This document shows, in pieces, positions 26,135 to 36,021 of a stretch of DNA of 64,000 bases (position 1 is the stretch's first letter; every line of letters begins with the position of its first letter). Source of the DNA: a virus (Duplodnaviria; Caudoviricetes); IMG/VR virus record IMGVR_UViG_3300029288_000090, positions 62,557 to 126,556 of that record. One strand, given 5' to 3'. The notes under the pieces were generated by a model. That model ran no database searches. It was not told the origin of the DNA and saw only the letters and a list, made by a program, of their open reading frames with translations. The position numbers and the translations under genes were made by a program.

Positions 26135-26596
26135 TTGTCGATGATATGTTCCATGTGCGGTGCTGAAGTTATTATTAAAAGTTCAGGCTCATGCACTAAT
26201 TGGTATGAACCAGTGAATTCTTTATTAGATGCAGAGTATCATAATATTCCGTTTTACTGTGATACTTGTGGAGCTATAAGATCTCCTTTTAAGGCTATTA
26301 GGGATATAGCCTTTATTTTTCCTTTCTCTGAACAAACTACTTATGGAGAAGGAATAGTACAGATTCCAGATAGCTACCAGAAGTTTTATAAGAAAGGAAA
26401 GGGAGTGTTACTTTCGATAGGACCTGGCTATTATACTTCTAAAGGGTTTAGATCAGTTAATCAGGATCTTAACGTGGGATGTGTGGTTAAGTTTGATTCT
26501 TCAGTTCCTTGGGTTCTTCCAGTGATAGGTACGGATGGAAAAGAATATCCAATTGTTGTATGTGGTGAAAAGGATATTTGGTGGATTGAAGGATAG
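26135..26596 (+). CDS. groES: GroES-like co-chaperonin with N-terminal CxxC motifs
   Basis: KAIRD.AFI, GIVQIPD, GVLLSIGPG, LNVG..V.F, G.EY.IV..EKDI. Confidence 0.65.
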   Translation: MSMICSMCGAEVIIKSSGSCTNWYEPVNSLLDAEYHNIPFYCDTCGAIRSPFKAIRDIAFIFPFSEQTTYGEGIVQIPDSYQKFYKKGKGVLLSIGPGYYTSKGFRSVNQDLNVGCVVKFDSSVPWVLPVIGTDGKEYPIVVCGEKDIWWIEG

Positions 26597-26604
26597 GAGT
26601 AGAT

Positions 26605-26802
26605 ATGCATATTAAGACTATAGATGAGCAAGCTGGAATTTATGAAGTTCACTTGAATCCAGTAGAGGAGCAATATCTTCGAGGATGTTTCCCTGGAGAT
26701 AATATCCCTGTGCGTATTGGAAATGCTTTGAGATCCAAACCTAGTGCTAGTAGTGATGGAGAAATAATTTTAGATCCTAATATGATACTAACATATGAAT
26801 AA
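26605..26802 (+). CDS. hypothetical protein
   Basis: 65 aa, AGGAG RBS. Confidence 0.55.
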   Translation: MHIKTIDEQAGIYEVHLNPVEEQYLRGCFPGDNIPVRIGNALRSKPSASSDGEIILDPNMILTYE

Positions 26803-26804
26803 CT

Positions 26805-27461
26805 ATGCCAACTGGAATTGAACAATTTAAAGCTATGGAGAGGTTCCGTCTGTGCTATTTGAAGCACAGGGGAAATGTTTTATCTACTTGTGAAGAACTG
26901 GGATGGCCTATAGAAGTAGGAAGATCCTATGCCAATAAAGTTAAAGGTCGAGTAGAGAGAGACGTTGCATTCGGTGTTTCACAATCTATTATGATGCAAC
27001 TTCTCATAGGGTATGAGAGTAGGGTAGGGCATCTTCAAGAACTTTTAAACAGGTTAGATGGGACTAACAAATTGATAGTTTCAAAATGTTGTTACTATCC
27101 TATTTTTCTTAAGAAGGAGAGAAGAGAGCCTCTTCCTCATTGTACTAATTGTAATAAAAAATGTGAAACCAAAATAGTAGGTTTGCCTGTTGTTTACGAT
27201 CTTATATTTCGAACAGTTGGACAACTTCAGGATGAAGACAGAGCTATTGTAGAGTTTGCCAAGAAGATGGGTTACGTCAATCCAGATGCTCCTCCTACAT
27301 CTATAGTTAGAAATAATGTTTTAGTTGTAGATGGGAATAGAAAGCAGCTTCCTCTCGATCAAGGATTTGTTCAAGATGTAGAACGATTGCCTCCTATGGA
27401 ACGAGAGAAACTCCGAAAACGTCTGGAGGAGCATATAAAAGGAGGGGAAGGAAATGGCTAA
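26805..27461 (+). CDS. putative terminase small subunit (HTH plus Zn finger)
   Basis: HTH-like GNVLSTCEELGW; CC...CTNC; overlaps the terL start. Confidence 0.5.
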   Translation: MPTGIEQFKAMERFRLCYLKHRGNVLSTCEELGWPIEVGRSYANKVKGRVERDVAFGVSQSIMMQLLIGYESRVGHLQELLNRLDGTNKLIVSKCCYYPIFLKKERREPLPHCTNCNKKCETKIVGLPVVYDLIFRTVGQLQDEDRAIVEFAKKMGYVNPDAPPTSIVRNNVLVVDGNRKQLPLDQGFVQDVERLPPMEREKLRKRLEEHIKGGEGNG

Positions 27462-29409
27462 AAATGTAATTTCCTATTTAGACTACTTATATGAGAAAGA
27501 TTACAAAGAACGTCCAGTAGATATAGAAACATTTATATGTGATAATAAATTTTTGGGTCAGTCAACAAATGGAGGAAAAGCTATTTATGATATTTGGAAA
27601 ACGGAATTAGGTACAATCTTAAATGAAGACAGTCGAACATTGATAGTTCTTACTGGGGCGATTGGAACAGGAAAAACTACAGCAGCATATATAGGGATGG
27701 CTTACACACTTCATAAACTATTATGCTTAAAGAACGCTTGGAGATTTTTTGACCTTTCTGATGCCAATAAGATGGCAGTTACTTTTTTTAATCTGACTAA
27801 GGATTTAGGGAAGTCTCGTGGATTTGGTTTACTTCAATCATTTATGTTCAAGTCTCCTTGGTTCATAGATAAGTCTAGTAGTGTAACAGGAAAAGTTTTT
27901 CCAATTGTTAACTTCCCTTTGTTTGAATATGTTTTAGCTTCTCCTTATAGCAAAGGTTTTGGTACAGTTGGACTCAACGTCATTACAGCAGTGATGGACG
28001 AAGTTGATGATCCAAATGAATCTGTAAAGCAAAAGCAGAGAGTGCTCAAAGCCTATGATGCTACTGCCCGACGTTTTGAATCACGATTTGTTATCAACGG
28101 TGAGAGTCTGGGACGATTTTGGCTTGTTGCCTCCAAACAAGAAGAATTGTCTTTCTTGAACGTTTTCATTAAGCAGATGAAAGGATCCAATAGGGTTTAC
28201 GTTGTAGATATAGCAATCTGGGATGCTAAACCTTCTACAAATTATTGTGGTAAGAAATTTGCTGTCAAAATAGGAGATGCTTATACACCACCTAAAATTC
28301 TAACGGATAAGGAAGCAGTTCAAGCTTCTTCTGAAGGTGCAACTATAAAATGGATTCCCATTGAATATAGGGATGATTTTGAGAGAGACATAGTAGGAGC
28401 TCTTCGGGATATTGCAGGAGTTAGCGTTGATGCATCCAGAAAAGGAAAGTTATTTAATTCTGAAAAACTTCTTCTACAATGTTATGATGAGACAAAGGTC
28501 TCTCCTATTTCTACAAATGTTATAAACACTGGGCTTAAAGACCAAAAAGATTATATTACGTATTTTGATCTGACTAAATTACGATCTCCTTTGAATGTTC
28601 CACGGTACATTCACGAAGATATAGCCTTTTCAGGGGATGGAGATTGTGTTGGATTAGGATGTTCTCATGTTAAAGAATGGAGAAAGGTTCCGATCCAAAA
28701 AGCTGACGGATCTTTCACTGAAAAAAGAGTGAAGGTTGTAGAGACAGATTTTACAATTCGCTTTAAAGCTCCTCCTGGAGATCAGGTTCCTGCATTCAAA
28801 GTTCGTAAGTTGATTTTGGATTTACGAAGTAGAGGACTTAATATTAAGAAGTTCACAGCAGATTTAGTTTTGGCTTCTACTGATACTGCACAGATTTTAG
28901 GAGATGCTGGAATTACGTGTGAATACCTTTCTTTAGATCGTACTCCACAGGCGTATCTTGAGTTTAGAAATGTAGTTCTTGAGAATCGATGGATTAGTGG
29001 TTTGAATGCATATCTTCATATTGAACTCAAGAATTTGGAGTATGACGAAAAAGAAGGGAAAGTTGATCATCCTGATAAGTTTGTTGAAATAGAAGTTGCC
29101 AAGGATGGAGATGTTCAAGAGTTAGTTATGGATGGGAGTAAGGATATGGCTGACGGTACAGTGGGGTCCGTTGTCTCTGCATTGTGGGAAGGGGTTACGC
29201 CTCCAAATGTCAAGGAGATGGAGAAAATTCTTGGTAAGGTAGCCCCTTCTCCTGGAAAAATGGATACTATGCAAAAGTTAATGAATGATCTTACAGGAAT
29301 TGCATTAGCTAAAGAAATTCCAACAGTTAATAAGGAGAGAGTTATTAGTGATGATAAGAAACGATTTCAAGGAATGCTTAAAAAATTAGGGAGGCCCAGT
29401 AGATTCTAA
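27454..29409 (+). CDS. terL: terminase large subunit
   Basis: Walker A GAIGTGKT, Walker B VMDEVD, nuclease HEDIAFSGD, KVDHP, SKDMADG. Confidence 0.88.
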   Translation: MAKNVISYLDYLYEKDYKERPVDIETFICDNKFLGQSTNGGKAIYDIWKTELGTILNEDSRTLIVLTGAIGTGKTTAAYIGMAYTLHKLLCLKNAWRFFDLSDANKMAVTFFNLTKDLGKSRGFGLLQSFMFKSPWFIDKSSSVTGKVFPIVNFPLFEYVLASPYSKGFGTVGLNVITAVMDEVDDPNESVKQKQRVLKAYDATARRFESRFVINGESLGRFWLVASKQEELSFLNVFIKQMKGSNRVYVVDIAIWDAKPSTNYCGKKFAVKIGDAYTPPKILTDKEAVQASSEGATIKWIPIEYRDDFERDIVGALRDIAGVSVDASRKGKLFNSEKLLLQCYDETKVSPISTNVINTGLKDQKDYITYFDLTKLRSPLNVPRYIHEDIAFSGDGDCVGLGCSHVKEWRKVPIQKADGSFTEKRVKVVETDFTIRFKAPPGDQVPAFKVRKLILDLRSRGLNIKKFTADLVLASTDTAQILGDAGITCEYLSLDRTPQAYLEFRNVVLENRWISGLNAYLHIELKNLEYDEKEGKVDHPDKFVEIEVAKDGDVQELVMDGSKDMADGTVGSVVSALWEGVTPPNVKEMEKILGKVAPSPGKMDTMQKLMNDLTGIALAKEIPTVNKERVISDDKKRFQGMLKKLGRPSRF

Positions 29410-29410
29410 T

Positions 29411-29785
29411 ATGAAATCACTTCAAGACTTTTTTATAGATGCTTGGAGGTGGACTTGTAAGCTTCCTCCAATAGAAGTAGGAAATCATCCTTCTTTTGAA
29501 TCATTGCAAGTGACTGAGTGGGATTCTTTATTTGAGCAGTTGATGAGGAATCGCCTAATTATGGGTTCCTTTCGTTATGAGTTATTTTCTGATCCTACCC
29601 CTTTTAATTATGATATTGTTGGGGATAATATCAGACGTCTTCGTTTGTATGAAGAGGACGGAAATTTGGAACATTTAGTAGACGTAGCTAATTTGTGTAT
29701 GAAAGAATTTCATAAAGGACGACACCCTAAACGTCATTTTAAGAGCTCTGATGACGGGATTCATGTACCAAGATCACATATATGA
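29411..29785 (+). CDS. hypothetical protein, possible all-alpha NTP pyrophosphohydrolase-like
   Basis: MG.FRY...LYEEDGNLEHLVDVANLC. Confidence 0.45.
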   Translation: MKSLQDFFIDAWRWTCKLPPIEVGNHPSFESLQVTEWDSLFEQLMRNRLIMGSFRYELFSDPTPFNYDIVGDNIRRLRLYEEDGNLEHLVDVANLCMKEFHKGRHPKRHFKSSDDGIHVPRSHI

Positions 29786-29807
29786 TTTGTAGCACGTACA
29801 GTGTCAC

Positions 29808-30032
29808 GTGGAGTGTTTTTCGAGTATTGCAATGACTAATCCAGATGTAAACCAATATTGGAAATATCATATTGAAGAGGATCCTAATTCTCCTCTAATG
29901 TACAAAGTAGTCCGTGGAGAAACTATTTTTGCAAAATGTAGAGATAGAAAAGTTGCAAATATTATTTTGAGCTATTATATCAATAATGAATCTAAAGAAG
30001 TAGACGGAAATACAAAATTACCATATGAATAG
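29808..30032 (+). CDS. hypothetical protein
   Basis: 74 aa ORF in the operon. Confidence 0.5.
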   Translation: MECFSSIAMTNPDVNQYWKYHIEEDPNSPLMYKVVRGETIFAKCRDRKVANIILSYYINNESKEVDGNTKLPYE

Positions 30033-30041
30033 GAGAATGAA

Positions 30042-30707
30042 ATGATTCTTATAAAACCGTCTGTTTGTTATTTAGCAGGAACAAATCTTCCTCTTGAGTT
30101 AATAGAACAGGCTGGAAGAACTTGCTACAAATCTGAAGATAAGATAACTCCAGAATCCAATCAGAATTTCGTTAAAAAGTTGTTAGAGAGAGGGCATGAA
30201 GCAGTTATTGAACACGCATCTATGACCTATAGAGTAGTTTGTGATAGAGGAGTTACGCATGAGATAGTTCGTCATAGACTATTTTCCTATTGTCAAGAGA
30301 GTACAAGGTATTGCAACTATTCAGGAGGAGTTACGTTTATTATACCTCCTTGGTGTGGATGTATAGAGGAAGGAGAGTATTCTAAAGACAATTATGGATC
30401 TTATCATTGCTCTGATAAACTTCAAGAAGAGGATGTATGGTTTGTTCTTATGAACAAGGCGGAGAGTTCATATAAGGTATTGATAAATGCTGGTTGGTCT
30501 CCACAGCAAGCTCGATCAGTTCTTCCTAATTCTTTAAAGACAGAAATAGTCATGACAGCTAACTTACGGGAATGGAGACACTTCTTTAAGATGAGAACAT
30601 CCAAATCTGCTCATCCTCAGATGCGTGAAGTTGCTTTTATGATCCTTAAAGATGCAGTACAAAGAGTTCCTATTTTATTTGACGAGTATCTTGCAAATGA
30701 ATGCTAA
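30042..30707 (+). CDS. thyX: flavin-dependent thymidylate synthase
   Basis: AGRTCYKS, GHEAVIEH, HEIVRHRLFSYCQESTRY, ARSVLPN, NLREWRHF. Confidence 0.95.
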   Translation: MILIKPSVCYLAGTNLPLELIEQAGRTCYKSEDKITPESNQNFVKKLLERGHEAVIEHASMTYRVVCDRGVTHEIVRHRLFSYCQESTRYCNYSGGVTFIIPPWCGCIEEGEYSKDNYGSYHCSDKLQEEDVWFVLMNKAESSYKVLINAGWSPQQARSVLPNSLKTEIVMTANLREWRHFFKMRTSKSAHPQMREVAFMILKDAVQRVPILFDEYLANEC

Positions 30708-31533
30708 TGATATCCTACAACTATTAAGGGTTAGGCATAACGGGGATGTATTCATTCCTGAATGCAATGCTAACTATGCTAGGATAGATGCATGGGCTAT
30801 GAAAAAGTCTTGGTCTCATCCTTTACTAACTGGGTATGAGATTAAGGTTAATCGATCAGACTTTTTAAATGATAAGAAGTGGACTGCATATCTTCCTTAT
30901 TGTAATGAACTTTACTTTGCTTGTCCTACTCACTTAATAGAAGTAAATGAAGTGCCCGAAAATTGTGGGCTTCTTTGGACTTCAAAAACAGGGACTAGAT
31001 TATATACAAAGAAGAAAGCTCCTTATAGAAAAGTAACTATTCCTGAAACGTTTTGGAGAAGTATTCTTTTTTCAAGGGTAAAGATCATTTCTGAAATATC
31101 AAATAAACATGGAGAGAAAGAATTTTGGAAAGAGTGGTTAGAAGAAAGGGAATTAGATCATAGGTTTGGTTATCATGTTTCTTTATCCATTAGAAAAAGA
31201 GTAGAAGAAGAGATAGAAAAAGTTCAAAGAGAAAATAGGATTCTTCAAAATCAAATAGAAACCTTTGAAGAGATTAAGAAGATTTTAGTTGAATTAGGTT
31301 TGGAGGGTTGTAGTAGTTGGAAACTGCATCGTCAGGTATCAGATAAAGTCAAGGAGTTTAGGAGAGGATATACAGACGATTTGATAAGAAGAGGAGAATC
31401 TCTACAAATATATTTAAAATCCTTTCTGGAAGAAGTGAAAAGATTAGAACAACTTGGAAAAGATGTAGACGATGGATCAACAACACAAGAAGAAGATGGA
31501 CAGGGTCAACAATTGCCAACAACTTCAGAATGA
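30697..31533 (+). CDS. MmcB-like PD-(D/E)XK nuclease-fold protein
   Basis: RIDAWA, GYEIKVNRSDFLND.KW..YL.YCNELYF..P, GLL. Confidence 0.7.
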   Translation: MNANDILQLLRVRHNGDVFIPECNANYARIDAWAMKKSWSHPLLTGYEIKVNRSDFLNDKKWTAYLPYCNELYFACPTHLIEVNEVPENCGLLWTSKTGTRLYTKKKAPYRKVTIPETFWRSILFSRVKIISEISNKHGEKEFWKEWLEERELDHRFGYHVSLSIRKRVEEEIEKVQRENRILQNQIETFEEIKKILVELGLEGCSSWKLHRQVSDKVKEFRRGYTDDLIRRGESLQIYLKSFLEEVKRLEQLGKDVDDGSTTQEEDGQGQQLPTTSE

Positions 31534-31792
31534 TTTAGACGAAGCAATTAGAGCAGTTATTGAAAAGCATAAACCAACTTATTCTGAATTGTTTTTTGCT
31601 CTTCTTTCTGTTCATAGGAGTTGGGCAGATATGATGTTGGAGGATGAAAACGATGGCATTATGGTTTGTCCAGTACAAGAAATTTCTGGAGATCTCGAAA
31701 GAGATAAGAAATTTTACGATAATTTGAAGAAGGAATTTGATTTGAGCAATACTATAACTCCACTAAGAAGAAGGAGATTTTTCAATGAGTAA
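31472..31792 (+). CDS. hypothetical protein
   Basis: 106 aa ORF. Confidence 0.55.
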   Translation: MDQQHKKKMDRVNNCQQLQNDLDEAIRAVIEKHKPTYSELFFALLSVHRSWADMMLEDENDGIMVCPVQEISGDLERDKKFYDNLKKEFDLSNTITPLRRRRFFNE

Positions 31793-32093
31793 TACGTTTA
31801 AAATATATGCCCTTATTTTTATTTTTGCATTTTTAGGAAGTTGGTTATGTATATTTATAGTAAATCTTTTAGAGGTAAAGGATAAATGTAATCCAGATTG
31901 TATAGTAAAAGACTACATATATAGTACTCCTTGTGAAGCCAAACAGGAAGTTCCTCTGGATCAATTTACTATAAGAAGTAAGCAAGATTTAGACTGTCTA
32001 ACTTCTATTCTATTAGTTAGACATGAACCAACTCAAGTATCATATGTCGTACTAACTCACCCACGTGGTGTTGCTATTACAAAAGCAGAATAG
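31785..32093 (+). CDS. membrane-anchored protein
   Basis: N-terminal transmembrane helix. Confidence 0.6.
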   Translation: MSNTFKIYALIFIFAFLGSWLCIFIVNLLEVKDKCNPDCIVKDYIYSTPCEAKQEVPLDQFTIRSKQDLDCLTSILLVRHEPTQVSYVVLTHPRGVAITKAE

Positions 32094-32111
32094 TCATATA
32101 AGGAGATACCC

Positions 32112-32288
32112 ATGATTAAATATCTAATTTTGTTGCTGTTTTGTATCTTATGTATAGGATGTGGATCAGCTGTTGTTGTCAATGACGGTCCCAAATCTGA
32201 TGAGACCATGCAAGAGAAGGAAGAAGGGCCTACGACAACGTGGACTATTACTGTGGAACCTAATACAACTCAAGGTTGTAGAAAGTGA
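32112..32288 (+). CDS. small putative lipoprotein (58 aa)
   Basis: AAGGAG RBS; MIKYLILLLFCILCIG/CGS lipobox-like; missing from the ORF track. Confidence 0.6.
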   Translation: MIKYLILLLFCILCIGCGSAVVVNDGPKSDETMQEKEEGPTTTWTITVEPNTTQGCRK

Positions 32289-33106
32289 GACATTTTATGA
32301 ATAAATATTTTACACATGGTTTTCTACTTCTTTTGGGAATAGCTATTGGAATTTTAGGAGCAAACTATCTGGAGATTCATAAACCTGTTCCAGAAGAAGT
32401 CAAGGTTGCTAATGAGATCTCACAGGTCGTCAATGGAGTCAGTGAATTGGTTCAAGATTCTGGAACAAAAGTAACTATTACACGGACAGTCACAGAAGGG
32501 AAGAAGGAAACAAACAATTCAGTAACATCATCTACAGGAAAATCTGATAATCACTTCTTCCGTCTCTTTGGTCCAGATCGAGGAGCTAACGATGCAGGAT
32601 CAGGAGTTCAGCCACTGACTACAAATGGAACCTCAGTAGGTGGGAGTAGAAATTGGGGTGTTTTGGAGAGAATATGGAGTTGGGTTGTCAATTGGATTTG
32701 GACAATCAGTGTAGTTTCTGTTTTGTTTTTCTTAGCATTGGGTGTTATGTTCTTTATTCCTGCGACCAGTACCATAGCTGCAACTATCTTTCAATGGATA
32801 ATGTCTGTTATTCCTGTTTTGGGGACAATAATATCCAGTATATTCTCGAAGATAACTTTGGGGAAACATACAACAGCTAGTTCGGAGATAGTCACTGGAA
32901 TAGACGAATTTAAGGATGCTGTTGCAGATGAAGATTTTATAACAGCAACAGACATAACATTTACTTCAACAGACAATTTAACGGATAAGGCCACTGCACT
33001 GACTGTCAAGATCAGAAAAAGAGTCAGGGAGTTGTTGAAGTTAGCTTGTAATAATAGTCAGGATAAAACCACAAGAGAGTACGTCAGTTCCGTTCAAGGA
33101 AGTTAG
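32285..33106 (+). CDS. multi-pass membrane protein
   Basis: N-terminal TM helix plus two C-proximal hydrophobic helices. Confidence 0.7.
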   Translation: MRHFMNKYFTHGFLLLLGIAIGILGANYLEIHKPVPEEVKVANEISQVVNGVSELVQDSGTKVTITRTVTEGKKETNNSVTSSTGKSDNHFFRLFGPDRGANDAGSGVQPLTTNGTSVGGSRNWGVLERIWSWVVNWIWTISVVSVLFFLALGVMFFIPATSTIAATIFQWIMSVIPVLGTIISSIFSKITLGKHTTASSEIVTGIDEFKDAVADEDFITATDITFTSTDNLTDKATALTVKIRKRVRELLKLACNNSQDKTTREYVSSVQGS

Positions 33107-33108
33107 AA

Positions 33109-33384
33109 ATGACTGTATATGTAGATCCGTTGCGTACTTGCTTAAAGAACAAAAATTGGAGATCTACCAGTTCTTGCCATCTTTTTGCTGATACTACTGA
33201 AGAACTACATACGTTTGCCAAACGATTAGGCTTGAAGGCAGAATGGTTTCAGCCTATTAGTAGTTATTCTCATTATGATTTAACAGAAAACAAGAGGAGA
33301 AAGGCAGTTCAGTTAGGGGCTGTTGAAGATGATGGACGTATATTGATGGAGAAAATTCGTGGGAAAAGAAAGAAAACTACTTGA
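33109..33384 (+). CDS. DUF4031-like protein
   Basis: TVYVD, CHLFADT.EELH.FA..LGLK.EWFQ, HYDLT...R..AV.LGA. Confidence 0.85.
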   Translation: MTVYVDPLRTCLKNKNWRSTSSCHLFADTTEELHTFAKRLGLKAEWFQPISSYSHYDLTENKRRKAVQLGAVEDDGRILMEKIRGKRKKTT

Positions 33385-34012
33385 AGGTATTACAATAGCA
33401 GTTGATTTTGATGGAACCGTCGTTTGTATGGATTATCCATACTTGGGTGAGCCAGTTCCTATGGCCTTTGAGTACCTAAGACGGTTTAAGGAAGAAGGAG
33501 CTCAGTTAATATTGTGGACTATGCGTTCTACAAATACTTCAAATGGGGATGTTTTGACTCCTGCTCTTGATTTTTGTAAAGCCAACGGAGTTGTTTTTAA
33601 CCAGGTTAATGAGAATAAAGAACAACATCGCTGGACAGATTCTCCAAAGGCCTATGCAACATATTACGTTGATGATCAGGCAATAGGATGTCCACTATCT
33701 AATGATGTAGATAAAAATGGGAGAAGATATGTCAATTGGAGTAGAGTAGGCCCATTGATTCTTGGGATTTTAGTCGTAGGTGGAGTAGAACTTCCAAGAA
33801 TCTGTCCTTCTTTCTGTCCGGAGAGGGGAAAACCTTTTGACCAAGGGAACTTGTGTTGTCGTTGTCCTCTATTTAACTGTGTTGGTGATGTTATTTTGGA
33901 CTGCAATTCTTATAGGATTGATTGGGCGTTAGCTTGGAGGAAGTGGTTTGATAATCACTGTCAAGGTTATCCTGATCTTCCTTTGGAAAAAGAAAATGTT
34001 GTTAACGGCTAA
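33359..34012 (+). CDS. HAD-superfamily hydrolase with a Cys-rich C-terminal extension
   Basis: IAVDFDGT, LILWTMR, PKAYATYYVDD. Confidence 0.82.
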   Translation: MGKERKLLEGITIAVDFDGTVVCMDYPYLGEPVPMAFEYLRRFKEEGAQLILWTMRSTNTSNGDVLTPALDFCKANGVVFNQVNENKEQHRWTDSPKAYATYYVDDQAIGCPLSNDVDKNGRRYVNWSRVGPLILGILVVGGVELPRICPSFCPERGKPFDQGNLCCRCPLFNCVGDVILDCNSYRIDWALAWRKWFDNHCQGYPDLPLEKENVVNG

Positions 34013-34313
34013 ACTTCTACTATTTTTGAATCCTGATTCCGTCAGTATTATTGATCTTGCTCAGTATGTGTACGGGGATTCTTCTATTATCTCCCGTTAT
34101 AAGACACAAAATATACTGAGCATCCTTAAAAGAAATCATTGGCTAATACAAGGGCCTGGTCATATCTTAAGTGAAAAACATTTTCAGGTTGTCTGTGAGA
34201 ATAAAAAGATTATAATGAATTGGCCAAGGAATCACAGATTAACTCCTCGTTCAGTTCGCCGGGCTGCTTCAGAGCAGCATAATATATGTAGATTAAATCA
34301 TACTTCTATTTAG
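33996..34313 (+). CDS. possible winged-helix protein
   Basis: VSIIDLAQYVYG...TQNILSILKR. Confidence 0.45.
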   Translation: MLLTAKLLLFLNPDSVSIIDLAQYVYGDSSIISRYKTQNILSILKRNHWLIQGPGHILSEKHFQVVCENKKIIMNWPRNHRLTPRSVRRAASEQHNICRLNHTSI

Positions 34314-34322
34314 GAACTTCTT

Positions 34323-34562
34323 GTGTCACTTCAAGATAAGTATGAAGTAGAAATCAGAAAAGTACAAAAAGAAAAGTACATCTGGTTAGTTGTTTCAGGG
34401 CATCGTCAGATCCGAGTTTGGTCCAAAGGATACGGAAAACAAGGAGTATGTGAAAAAGCAGCTTTACGATTCACTTCTGATTTTCAAATAAAATGTATCA
34501 GAAGAATAGATGGAGAGCCATCTATAGTGTTATATAATCCTTTTTTACACAAGGAGTCTTAG
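34323..34562 (+). CDS. hypothetical protein, weakly YegP/DUF1508-like
   Basis: EIRK...YIWLV..G..I..S.GY....CEKA. Confidence 0.45.
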   Translation: MSLQDKYEVEIRKVQKEKYIWLVVSGHRQIRVWSKGYGKQGVCEKAALRFTSDFQIKCIRRIDGEPSIVLYNPFLHKES

Positions 34563-34563
34563 T

Positions 34564-34872
34564 ATGATGACTTATGATGCACAGTTAGTATTTAAGAATC
34601 AGGAAGGTGAAGTCGTTTTCAGAAACGAACTTTTCCAGGGCGACGTGAGTGAGAAGGACGAAGCTGCTGTTGAGCAGATTTTGGGTAATATCCAACTTCC
34701 TCAGCAAGAAGAAGGTTCATTGACTGGTGAGCTTGTTATCACCAAAACCATTATTTTAAGCAAGCAGTCTGGAAAAATGGATCTGACGGAAGCTTTGGCT
34801 GTTGAGGAGCAGGGAATTCAGGCTATGAAGTCTCTTCATCAGTACACCAAAACGAAACATGGAATTTCCTAA
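34564..34872 (+). CDS. hypothetical protein
   Basis: 102 aa ORF followed by a hairpin terminator. Confidence 0.65.
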   Translation: MMTYDAQLVFKNQEGEVVFRNELFQGDVSEKDEAAVEQILGNIQLPQQEEGSLTGELVITKTIILSKQSGKMDLTEALAVEEQGIQAMKSLHQYTKTKHGIS

Positions 34873-34888
34873 GTAGATATCGGTGCCT

Positions 34889-34946
34889 CCCGAACGGCTT
34901 CCTTTTTGCCTATGATTCTACTCCTGGGAAGTCCGTTCGGGTTTTA
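34889..34946 (+). terminator. intrinsic terminator-like hairpin
   Basis: CCCGAACGG-CTTCC ... GGAAG-T-CCGTTCGGG followed by TTTTA. Confidence 0.6.
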
Positions 34947-34973
34947 TTCTATTCATCTTGAGAGGTTTCTACT

Positions 34974-35609
34974 TTGGACGATCTTAGGAGACAGGTAATT
35001 TGGGAATTAGCTCTTAAGTACAAGTCTTCTAATGATTCTACTATTTTTCAACTAATTTTAAAAAGATTAGATAAACTTCTTTTATGTACTATCAAAGCTT
35101 TAAGGAGGTACAGGAGACATCTACGGTCTATAAATACACATGATTTATATCATTGCTGTGTTTTGGGAGTTTATTCTGCACTTCTTGACTTTCAAAAAGG
35201 GATGTCTTCCGAGGATTTGGAGAAGTTAATTTTTAGGCATGTTCAGTCTCAAATTCAATTATACTATCCTCATAGAACTCGAGAACTTCTCCTTGCTGAT
35301 CTTCCAGAAAGATTAGTTGAGGATGTCAAAGTTTTTGAAGAACACGATAGTAGAGTCCTTAGCTTCTTCAGACGGATGATAGAGGAAAAGGTTATAACCA
35401 GGCAAGATTTTATTATAATCGTACGAAAAGCACTGGATGGAGTTACTTACGTTAATCTTGGAAAGGAGTTAGGAATGGGTACCTCAGTAGCAAGAAGAAG
35501 AGTCTTAAAGATTTTGGAGAAGATCCGTGAATATAACGAAGAGTTGATGGAGAAGAATGATGAAGGGTACTTACGTCCAAGATGGGAACGTCCTTTAGAT
35601 GATGATTAA
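34974..35609 (+). CDS. sigma70-family RNA polymerase sigma factor (phage encoded)
   Basis: Region 2-like DLYHCCVLGVYSALLDF; region 4 HTH GVTYVNLGKELGMGTSVARRRVLKILEKIR. Confidence 0.7.
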   Translation: MDDLRRQVIWELALKYKSSNDSTIFQLILKRLDKLLLCTIKALRRYRRHLRSINTHDLYHCCVLGVYSALLDFQKGMSSEDLEKLIFRHVQSQIQLYYPHRTRELLLADLPERLVEDVKVFEEHDSRVLSFFRRMIEEKVITRQDFIIIVRKALDGVTYVNLGKELGMGTSVARRRVLKILEKIREYNEELMEKNDEGYLRPRWERPLDDD

Positions 35610-35971
35610 GTCTTATCTTTATCAACTAAAATATGAACTGAACGAGTACATCCTTCTCCCTCCAATTTTTTCCATATAGTAGATAGGTAATCATCTACAG
35701 AATCGTCAAAGAAAGGATTTTTGATTGGTTTTTTGTATGAAGGTATGTAGAATTCAAAAATTTCTAAACTACCTATTGAAGTAAGTTGTACTTCTATAGA
35801 TCTTTCTGATCTATTAGTATATAGTACCATCTTTTTTGGAATTACCCCAAATATAAGAATCAAATAAGTTTTACACAAAACAATTTCATTTTTTGATATC
35901 TTTGTATTTGAATCAACATAGTACATTTCTTCTCCATCTTCACTCTCTAAAATGAAGGTATCTAAAATCAT
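35606..35971 (-). CDS. hypothetical protein (paralog A)
   Basis: MILDTFILES...FGVIPKKMVL...FYIPS...DSVDDYL.TIWKKL, shared with 37299-37761. Confidence 0.7.
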   Translation of the reverse strand: MILDTFILESEDGEEMYYVDSNTKISKNEIVLCKTYLILIFGVIPKKMVLYTNRSERSIEVQLTSIGSLEIFEFYIPSYKKPIKNPFFDDSVDDYLSTIWKKLEGEGCTRSVHILVDKDKT

Positions 35972-36021
35972 AGAAATTCCTTTCTAATAAGCAATAAGTT
36001 TTGGTCTCTTTTTATTCATTT

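Noticed and set aside
24104-29440. T4-like capsid-targeting starts MSKFSDFL (24104) and MKSLQDFF (29411)
   Set aside because: They are in the metabolic region, one is the SbcC C-half, and neither fits the MFxxLL consensus or ends in a Glu site; they serve as a caution about chance matches
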